From positions 3,080,577-3,144,576 of the forward strand of contig OY969815.1 of the NCBI GenBank assembly GCA_963703365.1: a stretch of 64,000 nt of DNA, read 5' to 3'. Shown piece after piece: positions 44,978-54,092 of the stretch. Each line of letters opens with the position of its first letter. The first letter of the stretch is position 1. The notes beneath the pieces were generated by a model. It had not been told where the DNA came from, made no database searches, and saw only the letters and a list, made by a program, of their open reading frames with translations. Origin of the DNA: an uncultured Bacteroidota bacterium (GTDB lineage: Bacteria > Bacteroidota > Ignavibacteria > Kryptoniales > JAKASW01). A program made the translations under genes and the position numbers.

Positions 44978-47410
44978 ATGCAAAGTCCAAGAACTCATTA
45001 CGTGATATTATTCTGTCTGTGCATGTTGAGTTCCTCGCTTGCACATTCGGAACGGACATTTTCCACCTCAGGAACCAAAGGCGGTGTAGATTTCAGAGTA
45101 ACAGTTTATGACGCTCATGAAAAAGTTCCCGTTGGACTTGCTCGGGTGGTATTGCAGCGAGGAACCAGAGTAATTGTTGAGGATGCAACCAACGCGGTGG
45201 GTCAAGTTTGGTTTCGCGGGATTGAACCCGGCTCGTACACAATGACCGCTTGGTTCGTCAGCTATCAGGTTTTTACAGATTCCATACTGATAGATCAGGA
45301 TCACACCACCTACACAATCAACCTCCAGCCAAAGGAGAGTCAACTGCAGGATGTTGAAGTGGTCGGTCAGCGTGAACTTGGCGTTTCAAACATAAATCTG
45401 GAGACTGGCAATCAAACCTTCGAGTCAGAAACCTATCACCCTCCGCCAACGGCTCAAATGACAAACTTGATTCAGGAGAACCTCACGGGGGCAGCACGGG
45501 CTCCCACAAGTGAGGTCCATATTAGAGGATCACACGGAGAATTCACGTATTACATCGATGGCATTCCGGTTCCGCTCGGCGTATTTGGGGGATTAAATGA
45601 AGTTGTTGATCCAAAAGTCATTGACCATGCAACTTTTATCACAGGAGGCTTCCCTGCGGAATATGGCGGGCAGATGTCTGCCATCATCGACCTGAATAAC
45701 CGTGTTCCGACAGGAACATTGCATCTCGACGCTTCGACATATGTTGGGAGTTATCTTGTTTTCAACGGAACCAAACCCTTTTCGCCTGGAGCCGAAGTCG
45801 CATCCGGCCCGTCATCCGCTATCCCAGGTGACGTACTCGGCGGTCAAGTCGGTCCTTTCCGAGCACTTAATTCAGACGGCGAGGCTTTGTCGCTAAGCGA
45901 TCATCTTGACAAGCTGGGGTATTACCTTTCCGCATCACGTCAGGAGACAGATCGCCGCATAGACACACCTGTGCCCAATCTGTTTCACGATCATGGCTTC
46001 GATTATTTTCTCTACGGCAAGTTCGATTATATCATTAGCGACATCGATTACATAACGGCAAATCTGAGTTTTGGAAGAACCTCCACGCAAGTTCCTTACG
46101 ATCCCACGGTACAAATTACTTCCGACTTGCAAGAAACAACCAATTCATTGCAGGCAATTTCTTATTTCCGTGCGATAAATTTACAACCCGATCAAGAAGA
46201 AAACCTCTTCATCGGAGCGTATAGCCGCGAAGGCAATTTGATTTATACTCCCGGCGCTATCGATCCACCGAGCTTTCAATTTTCCGGAGATACCATAGAT
46301 TATAATCTCTTCGAGAACAGAAGCTTTACCACGCTCGGTATCCGCTCCACGTTTGACAAAAGGCTTTCTCGGCAGTTCATGTATAAGGTTGGACTCAACA
46401 TCAGCAGCACTGGTGGGGCAGAGGATTTCACATCGCGCGATTCTTTACAAAACCCCGGACCGTCAATCCTCACTGGCTTCAGTGGTTCAGACTTTGGAAT
46501 GTTCGCAGAGACGGAATGGCATCCTCTCGATTGGACTTCGTTCGATCTGGGTATCCGCTATGATCAACATATTGCTCCGGATGTCCCGCTCCAACGGCAG
46601 GTCAGCCCTAGAATTCGGTGGAATTTCCTGATAGATGAGAACAGCTCGGCATATGTTTATTTCGGCAGGCTCTTCATGCCTACAAATATCGAAGCACTTA
46701 GATCGATAGCTCAATACACAAGCAACTCAGTCACAGCCACATTTCCAGAACGCGACTCCTATTATGAGGCCGTCTACACACATAGTTTTCCAATTGATCT
46801 AAGGCTAAAAACAGCAGCCTTCTTCAAGTATGCCAGCCCATTTACGGATGACGCACAAATCGGTAACACTGCAATCAAGACTCCGTTCAATATTGCCACG
46901 GTGAGAACAACTGGGATCGAGTTGTCACTCTCTTATAGCGATCCATCGACTCCATTTTCGGGCCATGTGAACTCTTCAGTCATCCACGCTATTGGTTCGG
47001 GTCCCCTGACGGGAGGCTTCTTGCCTCCAAGTAGCGACGGATCTGCAACCGACCTTGATCATGATCAAAGGCTTTCGATTGTAGCTGCCATCAATTACCA
47101 GCCGCGAGATTGGTTTGTCAATCTTGAGGCAACGTACGGATCCGGACTTTCTAATGGTCACCCAGAAGATATTACCAACTACAAGACAGGATTGTTTGAT
47201 TTTAATCAGGCAGCACACACGACTCCATATTGGATACTCGATTGTAGTGCGGGCCGCACATTTCATCTTGCTGGTGGGAGCACTTTCGAACCATCCATTT
47301 ATATTTCAAATCTGTTGGACCACTTACACTTGCTTAAAGGTGCATACACCACTGGCGCAAGCTGGGAAGAGCCGCGTAATGTTGTCCTGAAAATTGCCGT
47401 GCATATATGA
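44978..47410 (+). CDS. TonB-dependent receptor with an N-terminal carboxypeptidase-regulatory-like domain
   Basis: It has a signal peptide, a CarbopepD_reg-like beta-sandwich, a plug region (VHIRGSHGEFTYYIDGIPV) and a long beta-barrel. Confidence 0.85.
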   Translation: MQSPRTHYVILFCLCMLSSSLAHSERTFSTSGTKGGVDFRVTVYDAHEKVPVGLARVVLQRGTRVIVEDATNAVGQVWFRGIEPGSYTMTAWFVSYQVFTDSILIDQDHTTYTINLQPKESQLQDVEVVGQRELGVSNINLETGNQTFESETYHPPPTAQMTNLIQENLTGAARAPTSEVHIRGSHGEFTYYIDGIPVPLGVFGGLNEVVDPKVIDHATFITGGFPAEYGGQMSAIIDLNNRVPTGTLHLDASTYVGSYLVFNGTKPFSPGAEVASGPSSAIPGDVLGGQVGPFRALNSDGEALSLSDHLDKLGYYLSASRQETDRRIDTPVPNLFHDHGFDYFLYGKFDYIISDIDYITANLSFGRTSTQVPYDPTVQITSDLQETTNSLQAISYFRAINLQPDQEENLFIGAYSREGNLIYTPGAIDPPSFQFSGDTIDYNLFENRSFTTLGIRSTFDKRLSRQFMYKVGLNISSTGGAEDFTSRDSLQNPGPSILTGFSGSDFGMFAETEWHPLDWTSFDLGIRYDQHIAPDVPLQRQVSPRIRWNFLIDENSSAYVYFGRLFMPTNIEALRSIAQYTSNSVTATFPERDSYYEAVYTHSFPIDLRLKTAAFFKYASPFTDDAQIGNTAIKTPFNIATVRTTGIELSLSYSDPSTPFSGHVNSSVIHAIGSGPLTGGFLPPSSDGSATDLDHDQRLSIVAAINYQPRDWFVNLEATYGSGLSNGHPEDITNYKTGLFDFNQAAHTTPYWILDCSAGRTFHLAGGSTFEPSIYISNLLDHLHLLKGAYTTGASWEEPRNVVLKIAVHI

Positions 47411-47519
47411 AATCTTTACCAAGAGGAATATCGCGCGTGACGGAACACCACTTACTGTGACAATATCTGCGAAGACACTGCTTTTAGCTATTCGACTTGC
47501 ATATGCACAAACGGCACAT

Positions 47520-47537
47520 AACCGTTTATAAACGGTT
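47520..47537. promoter_or_regulatory. 18-bp perfect palindrome AACCGTTTATAAACGGTT upstream of bfr
   Basis: I read it directly from the sequence. An extra AAACGG half-site lies at 47509-47514. No U-tract follows, so a terminator is unlikely. Confidence 0.4.
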
Positions 47538-47715
47538 AGAGTCAGTAGAAATAGATCGCATCGTCAATGCAGTGGCATCGATATCACTTTGCATGACAAT
47601 GTGCATGAACATGGTTGTAACCGTGATAGATCCATCATTCGTTATGTATCGTTGTGATTTAAGGAGAAGAAGATTTAATTTGAAGTGGAAATTCGTCTAA
47701 TAAAAGGAGCAAGTT

Positions 47716-48180
47716 ATGGAAGGAAACAAACAGATTATCGAAAGCCTCAATCTTCGTTTAGCAGAGGAGCTGACTGCCGTCAATCAGTACATCGTACACG
47801 CAGAAATGTGCGAGAACTGGGGATACCACAAATTGCACGAGTCAATTCAAAAACGGGCTATTCAGGAGATGAAGCACGCCGAAAGAATCATCGAGCGTAT
47901 TCTTTTCCTTGAAGGTACTCCCAACGTCAGCAAGCTCAATCAGATCAACATCGGTAAGAATGTCGAGGCGCAGCTTCTCTCGGATTACGAGTTTGAAAAG
48001 TCGGCGGTTAGGGCATACAACGACAGCATCCGTGCTGCAGGTGAGGTCGGTGATAATGGTACACGCGAACTTTTCAAATCAACATTGGAAGATGAAGAAG
48101 ATGATGTGGATTGGATCGAAGCCCAGTTGGACCAAATCAAGCAAATGGGCATACAGAACTATTTGTCCGGTCAAGTTTAG
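47716..48180 (+). CDS. bfr: Bacterioferritin
   Basis: The 154-aa product contains LNLRLAEELTAVNQYIVHAEMCENWGY...EMKHAERIIERILFLEG, matching ferroxidase-centre E/H spacing. A Met at the heme-ligand position is plausible. Confidence 0.9.
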   Translation: MEGNKQIIESLNLRLAEELTAVNQYIVHAEMCENWGYHKLHESIQKRAIQEMKHAERIIERILFLEGTPNVSKLNQINIGKNVEAQLLSDYEFEKSAVRAYNDSIRAAGEVGDNGTRELFKSTLEDEEDDVDWIEAQLDQIKQMGIQNYLSGQV

Positions 48181-48270
48181 AACGATCGTGAGAGTGGAAC
48201 TAATGCATTGAGAAGATAGTTGTAGGTTGACTTCTGTAGAATGAAAATCTATGGGAGAAAGCAAAAGGTG

Positions 48271-48302
48271 AGCCCTGAACGTTTAGGGCGGGCGTTCAGG
48301 GC
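48271..48302. terminator. 11-bp perfect stem hairpin between the convergent bfr and rnc genes
   Basis: AGCCCTGAACG-10 nt-CGTTCAGGGCT. The minus-strand side is followed by CACCUUUUGC. A second hairpin, GGAAATTC-N7-GAATTTCC, lies at 48339-48361. Confidence 0.55.
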
Positions 48303-48361
48303 TTGCAACACCTCGAAAACGGGAAGTCCTGAGACAAGGAAATTCCCACCGTGAATTTCCG

Positions 48362-49180
48362 TCAGTGTTTCGTCTGTGACATAATCTCTTTGATCTTTAC
48401 ACCGAGTCCTTTAGAGGTCATCTTTTTTTCTTCCTGTTTCAGCTTCTCAAATGCCACCTCTGCCGCCGCTTGTTCCGCAGCTTTCTTCGTTTTTCCGGTT
48501 CCAATTCCGCGAGACTCTTCTCCAATCAACGCCTCAACTGTAAATGTCCTATCATGGTCTGGTCCTTCTTCTTTGATTAGACTGTACCGTGGGGAGCCGA
48601 GTCCGCGTGCCTGAGAAAATTCGAGGAGTGCACTCTTAAAATTTTTATCGAGTGCATCGAACACATCACTGCTGACCAACTTTTTTCTCGGCATTACCAT
48701 ATTTGCAACAAACTTTTTTACAGCATTTATTCCGCCGTCAAGGTAAATTGCGGCTACTATTGCTTCAAATGCATCTGAGATAATTGTCTCGTAGCCTTTT
48801 TCAATTGCCTGTTGCGCGCTGGTGCTCATTTCCAAGAAGTAAGACAGATTTATTTTTACAGCACATTCTGCGAGCGCGTGCTGGTTGACAAGGAGGCTTC
48901 TTACCCTGGTCATTTGGCCTTCGTCAAGCTCGCGAAATTCATCGAACAATATTTCAGCAACTAAGAAATCCAGAATCGCATCGCCGAGAAATTCCATGCG
49001 CTCGTTCGACTGTTTTTCGGTACTCGCAGGAATAGGCAATGCCGAACGATGAGTTAACGCCTCCGAAAAATAGTTTTCATTTTTGATTTTTACCCCAAGC
49101 GCCTCTTCAAGCTCGCGCTTCTTTTTAAGATGGCCACGACGGCGAAATCCCTTAAAAAATCTTTTCGGAGAAAAAAACAT
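48362..49180 (-). CDS. rnc: Ribonuclease III
   Basis: The signature ERMEFLGDAILD, a second catalytic region and a C-terminal dsRBD (GPDHDRTFTVE...GTGKTKKAAEQAAA) are present. Confidence 0.9.
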   Translation of the reverse strand: MFFSPKRFFKGFRRRGHLKKKRELEEALGVKIKNENYFSEALTHRSALPIPASTEKQSNERMEFLGDAILDFLVAEILFDEFRELDEGQMTRVRSLLVNQHALAECAVKINLSYFLEMSTSAQQAIEKGYETIISDAFEAIVAAIYLDGGINAVKKFVANMVMPRKKLVSSDVFDALDKNFKSALLEFSQARGLGSPRYSLIKEEGPDHDRTFTVEALIGEESRGIGTGKTKKAAEQAAAEVAFEKLKQEEKKMTSKGLGVKIKEIMSQTKH

Positions 49181-49211
49181 CTACGATAAAGCTGTCAGCT
49201 GACAGCCATTG

Positions 49212-50462
49212 TTATTCTCGGAATTTTGTAAATAGCAAACATGCATTGTGGCCGCCGAAACCGAAAGTGTTGCTTATCGCAGCGTTGATAGTTTTCTTGA
49301 TCGGTTTGTTCGGGACATAATTAAGGTCGCAGTCAGGATCGGGGAACTCGTAATTTATCGTCGGCGGAATCATCTGCTTGATTATCGCGAGAATAGTCAC
49401 TATAGCTTCCACTCCTCCGGCTGCACCCAGCAAGTGTCCGGTCATCGACTTTGTGGAGCTGACATGAAGTTTTTTAGCGTGCTCGCCGAAAACCGTTTTG
49501 ATTGCCTCCGTTTCAGTTTTATCGTTGAACGGAGTTGAAGTTCCATGCGCATTGATGTAATCGATGTCTGACGGATTGAGTCCTGCATCTTTTATGCAGA
49601 GCTTCATGGCTCTCACCGCGCCTTCACCGCCGGGAGCAGGCTGAGTAAGATGGTACGCATCTGCGGTAAGTCCGAACCCGGAAAGTTCTGCGAGTATTTT
49701 CGCGCCGCGCTTCACTGCATGTTCATAGCTTTCGATGACGAGAATGCCGCCACCTTCTCCCATCACAAAGCCGTCGCGCTTTGCGTCGAACGGCCGGCTG
49801 GCACAAAGCGGATTGTCGTTCCGGGTAGAAAGAGCCTTCATGGAATTGAATCCGCCGATTCCCATTGGACAAATCGCAGCTTCCGCTCCGCCCGTTATCA
49901 TCATGTCGGCATCTCCGCGCTGGATGAGCATCGCTGAATCGGATATGGCGTGGCCTGAAGTGGCACACGCCGATGTTGTGGCATAATTTGGTCCCTTTAA
50001 CTTATACCGGATTGAGATGTTGCCCGCGGCAATATCCGATATCATCATCGGAATAAAGAACGGGCTGATGTGATTTGGTCCGCCGACATTAAAGAGATTT
50101 TCCTGCTGCCTTTGGTAAGTCCACATCCCGCCGATTCCGCTTCCAACCACGACGCCAACGCGGTCTCTATCTAACTTTTCGAAGTCGATTTTCGCGTCCT
50201 CAATTGCCTGAGCAGCGGCAGCGATTGCAAACTGTGTGAACATATCCATGCGTTGCACGCTCTTTTTATCCAAGTATTTCAGGGGGTCGAAGTTTTTTAC
50301 CTCGCAGGCGAATTTCGTGTCGTACTTGGAAACGTCAAAGTAGGTGATTGGACCAGCACCACTTTTGCCTTCCATCATCGCCTGCCAAAATTCGCCGACC
50401 GTCAACCCAATCGGCGTGACTGCTCCGAGTCCAGTAACTACGACGCGCTTTCCGCTTTTCAT
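49212..50462 (-). CDS. fabF: 3-oxoacyl-ACP synthase II
   Basis: The active-site ATTSACATSGHAI is present, together with the HGTSTP and GHLLGAAG motifs. Confidence 0.95.
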   Translation of the reverse strand: MKSGKRVVVTGLGAVTPIGLTVGEFWQAMMEGKSGAGPITYFDVSKYDTKFACEVKNFDPLKYLDKKSVQRMDMFTQFAIAAAAQAIEDAKIDFEKLDRDRVGVVVGSGIGGMWTYQRQQENLFNVGGPNHISPFFIPMMISDIAAGNISIRYKLKGPNYATTSACATSGHAISDSAMLIQRGDADMMITGGAEAAICPMGIGGFNSMKALSTRNDNPLCASRPFDAKRDGFVMGEGGGILVIESYEHAVKRGAKILAELSGFGLTADAYHLTQPAPGGEGAVRAMKLCIKDAGLNPSDIDYINAHGTSTPFNDKTETEAIKTVFGEHAKKLHVSSTKSMTGHLLGAAGGVEAIVTILAIIKQMIPPTINYEFPDPDCDLNYVPNKPIKKTINAAISNTFGFGGHNACLLFTKFRE

Positions 50463-50481
50463 AATTTTCTTTAAGACGTTA

Positions 50482-50721
50482 TCAACTTACTCTTTGCTTC
50501 AGATAACCAACCGCGTCGCCGACAGTGCGAATCTTCTCCGCGTCCTGATCGGGAATCTGAATGTTGAAAGCCTTTTCAAATTCCATTACAAGCTCGACGG
50601 TGTCAAGAGAATCTGCACCAAGGTCGTTCGTGAAAGAAGCTTCGGGTTTAATCTGGGACTCTTCAGCACCCAGTTTGTTTACGATGATCTCTTTTACTTT
50701 TGCTTCGACATCTACTGCCAT
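50482..50721 (-). CDS. acpP: Acyl carrier protein
   Basis: The 79-aa product carries the [16 protein letters not shown] phosphopantetheine site. Confidence 0.95.
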   Translation of the reverse strand: MAVDVEAKVKEIIVNKLGAEESQIKPEASFTNDLGADSLDTVELVMEFEKAFNIQIPDQDAEKIRTVGDAVGYLKQRVS

Positions 50722-50754
50722 TGTTGTATTACCTCCATTTATCTTTATTTGATT

Positions 50755-51495
50755 TCAAATTGACATCCCGCCATCAACTGCAATTACCTGACCGGTGATG
50801 TAATCCGAATCAGGCGAGGCGAGAAAACGCACCACTCTTGCAACCTCTTCTGGCTTGGCGACTCGTTTCAATGGAATCGTATCGACAACCGCCTTTCGCT
50901 GTTCATCTGTCAGAGCTGCGGTCATACTGGTTTCAATATAACCAGGTGCCACAGCATTGACAAGGATATTTCTACTTGCGAGTTCTTTTGCAATCGATTT
51001 TGTAAAACCGATTATTCCAGCTTTTGATGCAGAATAATTCGATTGTCCGGCATTGCCTATGATTCCAACGACGGAACTTATGTTAATTATTTTTCCGTAG
51101 CGTTGTCCCATCATGGTACGGGCTGCGGCCTTTGTATAGTTGAAAACACTCTTCAGATTTACTTGAATCACCGAGTCCCAATCTTCCTCCTGCATCCGCA
51201 GAAGTAAATTGTCTTTAGTGATTCCAACATTGTTAACAAGAATATCAAGTCTTCCAAATTCGGCAACAACTTTTTCCATGACTTCAACAGCAGACTTAAA
51301 CGAAGTAGCATCCGCATCGATCGCGAGAGCTTTTCTTCCAAGCAACTTGATTTCTGACACAAGCGTTTCCGCAAGTTGAGCCGAACCCCTGTCGGTAAAC
51401 ACAACATCTGCCCCGCTCTTTGCAAGTTCAAGCGTGATAGCCCGACCAATTCCACGAGCAGCACCAGTTACTAAGGCTACTTTACCTTCCAGCAT
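50755..51495 (-). CDS. fabG: 3-oxoacyl-ACP reductase
   Basis: It has the SDR motifs TGAARGIGRA, NNVG and YSASKAG. Confidence 0.95.
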   Translation of the reverse strand: MLEGKVALVTGAARGIGRAITLELAKSGADVVFTDRGSAQLAETLVSEIKLLGRKALAIDADATSFKSAVEVMEKVVAEFGRLDILVNNVGITKDNLLLRMQEEDWDSVIQVNLKSVFNYTKAAARTMMGQRYGKIINISSVVGIIGNAGQSNYSASKAGIIGFTKSIAKELASRNILVNAVAPGYIETSMTAALTDEQRKAVVDTIPLKRVAKPEEVARVVRFLASPDSDYITGQVIAVDGGMSI

Positions 51496-52096
51496 TTTTC
51501 GAATACTCCTGTTCTTTTATTGTGGCGAAATTGTTTCTGTAATGGTCGAGGACTTCTTTGTACTTGGCAGTTCCGAGAGCATGCTCGAGTTCAGTGGAAC
51601 AGGCCTCAACCATCTTATCCATGCTCTCACCCGAAGCCGTGCAGCAATCCGATTCACCGGAACAGAAATCGTCATATTGAAAAACGCCGTCGACTTTCAC
51701 GATCGGGAAGAGGATGCAGTAATACGGCTTCAATGAAAACTGCTGCAAACCTTCCTCCATTTCAGCCGCTTGAATAGTACATCTGCCGTTCTTATTTAGA
51801 AAGACACATTTGTCATTATGTATTTCTGTGCTCACACATTTTCCCGATGGGAAATCGATATCTTCTTCCTCGTCGTTATTAAACCAATCGCCTCGATTTT
51901 TTGTCTGAGTCTCATCAAAATATTTTTCGATAGCGTCGGCATGAGCCAAAATATTGTCACGCTCCTGCGGATCAAGATAGACTCCGTGCCGACAGCATCG
52001 TGAAGTGCAGGCGTTTGGACCATTCGGATCCTTTAGTCCGTCGGTAAAAATATTTGGTTCGAACTTCAGTCCTGATATTTCTATATAATTGCGCAT
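51482..52096 (-). CDS. Cys-rich hypothetical protein (DUF3109/YkgJ-like putative metal or Fe-S protein) embedded in the fab operon
   Basis: The 204-aa product has the Cys clusters CTSRCCRHG, GKCVSTEIHNDKCVFLNKNGRCTIQ, YYCILFP and FCSGESDCC. ATG 52096 lies 5 nt after the fabD stop, and the 3' end overlaps the fabG start by 14 nt. The family name is from memory. Confidence 0.6.
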   Translation of the reverse strand: MRNYIEISGLKFEPNIFTDGLKDPNGPNACTSRCCRHGVYLDPQERDNILAHADAIEKYFDETQTKNRGDWFNNDEEEDIDFPSGKCVSTEIHNDKCVFLNKNGRCTIQAAEMEEGLQQFSLKPYYCILFPIVKVDGVFQYDDFCSGESDCCTASGESMDKMVEACSTELEHALGTAKYKEVLDHYRNNFATIKEQEYSKNAGR

Positions 52097-52100
52097 CTCA

Positions 52101-53069
52101 TTACATGTTTTCAACTTTACGATGCTCCAATTCCGATATTCCATATTTCTGGGCATCACTCATCTTGTCTATTCCGACAACTTCTTTAGCTGAAACAGTT
52201 CTCTTAATGAGTCCTTGTAATACTTTCCCCGGGCCAATTTCCACAAATTTCGTAATGCCGTCGTCGGACATGTGAACGACGGACTCCTGCCATCTTACAG
52301 GGCTTGTCAACTGGCGAATCAGCGCATCCTTGATTTCACTTGCACTCTTGACCGGCTTTCCCGTAACATTCGTGTAAACTGGTACACCTGCACCACGGAG
52401 CGGCGCCACCTCTATTGTCTTCTTCAATTCTACTTTTGCAGTCTCCATCAAAGGAGAATGAAAAGCTCCGCTCACTACAAGTTCCATCACGATTTTCGCG
52501 CCGCGTGTTTTCGCAAGCTCCATGGCTTTTCGAACGGCATCGACATCACCGGAAATCACAATCTGTCCCGGCGAATTATAATTTGCAAGCTGAGCAATTC
52601 CATTTACCGATGCATCTCTACAAATTTCCTCGACAACTTTATCTTCAAGCCCGACAATTGCAGCCATCGTTCCGTGGCGAACATCGCCTGCATTCTGCAT
52701 CAACCTGCCGCGTAAGCCGACGAGTGTCAGGGCGTTCTCGAAGTCGAGTGCGCCTGCCGCAAACAATGCCGAATATTCACCAAGAGAATGGCCAGCAACA
52801 GCATCGAATTTCTTTTCTTCAAGAAGAGTGAATGCGACCGCGCTATGCAAAAATATTGCCGGCTGCGTAACTTCGGTCTGCCGCAGTTTATCCTCGGGTC
52901 CTTCGAAACAAATTTCGGCAATGTCGAATCCGAGAATCTCATTCGCGCGGCTGAACATTTCTTTTGCTTTCGAACTCACGTCGTACCAGTCTCTTCCCAT
53001 TCCGACATATTGCGAACCTTGTCCGGGAAAAATAAAGGCAACTTTATTTGAAAGGCTTGGTTCCGTCAT
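52101..53069 (-). CDS. fabD: Malonyl-CoA-ACP transacylase
   Basis: FIFPGQGSQYVGMG and GHSLGEYSAL are present. I chose the start at MTEPS (ATG 53069), which overlaps the fabH stop. Confidence 0.9.
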   Translation of the reverse strand: MTEPSLSNKVAFIFPGQGSQYVGMGRDWYDVSSKAKEMFSRANEILGFDIAEICFEGPEDKLRQTEVTQPAIFLHSAVAFTLLEEKKFDAVAGHSLGEYSALFAAGALDFENALTLVGLRGRLMQNAGDVRHGTMAAIVGLEDKVVEEICRDASVNGIAQLANYNSPGQIVISGDVDAVRKAMELAKTRGAKIVMELVVSGAFHSPLMETAKVELKKTIEVAPLRGAGVPVYTNVTGKPVKSASEIKDALIRQLTSPVRWQESVVHMSDDGITKFVEIGPGKVLQGLIKRTVSAKEVVGIDKMSDAQKYGISELEHRKVENM

Positions 53070-54088
53070 AATTGATCTTGCTTTCGATCCGAACAATTTT
53101 CCATGGACCATTTCACCAAGATTGCGCCCCACGTCCATCCCGCACCGAACGCTGAGAGAACGAGCGTCTGTCCTTTTTTCAATTGCCCCCTCTTGTAATA
53201 TTCGGAAAGACAAAGCGGGATGGTCGCGGCTGTTGTGTTTCCATATCGGTCGATGTTTAACATTACTTTCGATGTGTCGAGTTCCATCCTGTTTGCAGTT
53301 GCGTCGATAATTCTCTTATTTGCCTGATGCGGCACAAGCCAATCAACGTCTTTTGCTGTGAGATTATTTTTTCCCATTATTTCATAAGACACGTCTGCCA
53401 TCCCGACAACGGCGACTTTGAAAACAGCTTTGCCATCCTGGTACACGTAGTGCATTTTTTTATTGACGGTTTCATGCGTCGGAGGATTCAAACTTCCACC
53501 GCCTAACAGATTCAAATAAGGAGCACCGGAGCCATCACAGTGCAAAATATAATCGAGAATTCCATATTCGCTGTTTTCTTCCGGCTCAAGCAAAACTGCG
53601 GCGCCAGCATCTCCGAACAAAATGCAGTTTGCACGATCAGTGTAATCCGTTATTCCAGACATTTTGTCGGCACCGACAACGATAACTTTTTTGTAAGCTC
53701 CGGTTTGCACAAACTGTGCACCGGTGACAAGCGCAAAAATAAATCCCGAACATGCAGCCGACAGATCGAATCCCCAAGCATTTTTCGCGCCTATTTTTTC
53801 TTGAATCATGCAAACGGTTGATGGAAAAAACATATCCGGTGTTATGGTCGCAGCTATGATCAAGTCTATTTCTTCGGGCGACATATTTCGCCTCTTGAGC
53901 AAATCATTTATAGCACCCGCTGCCAAGTTGCTCGTTGCACCTTTTTTCAGTATTCTTCTTTCGCGGATTCCGGTTCTTGTCAGGATCCATTCGTCGGTTG
54001 TGTCAACCATTTTCTCAAAGTCGGCGTTTGTAAGGATATCTTCCGGAACATAATGACCAACGCCGGTTATTACTGCTCGTTTTGGCAT
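53066..54088 (-). CDS. fabH: 3-oxoacyl-ACP synthase III
   Basis: The active-site LSAACSGFIFAL, the HQANKRI motif and the GNTTAATIP motif are present. Confidence 0.95.
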   Translation of the reverse strand: MPKRAVITGVGHYVPEDILTNADFEKMVDTTDEWILTRTGIRERRILKKGATSNLAAGAINDLLKRRNMSPEEIDLIIAATITPDMFFPSTVCMIQEKIGAKNAWGFDLSAACSGFIFALVTGAQFVQTGAYKKVIVVGADKMSGITDYTDRANCILFGDAGAAVLLEPEENSEYGILDYILHCDGSGAPYLNLLGGGSLNPPTHETVNKKMHYVYQDGKAVFKVAVVGMADVSYEIMGKNNLTAKDVDWLVPHQANKRIIDATANRMELDTSKVMLNIDRYGNTTAATIPLCLSEYYKRGQLKKGQTLVLSAFGAGWTWGAILVKWSMENCSDRKQDQL

Positions 54089-54092
54089 TTAA

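Noticed and set aside
47497-47700. 67-aa ORF (and the ORF at 47685-47912) upstream of or overlapping bfr.
   Set aside because: It has no RBS and an odd M/C/H-rich composition, and it overlaps the palindromic regulatory region. The second ORF is out of frame with the clear bfr gene.
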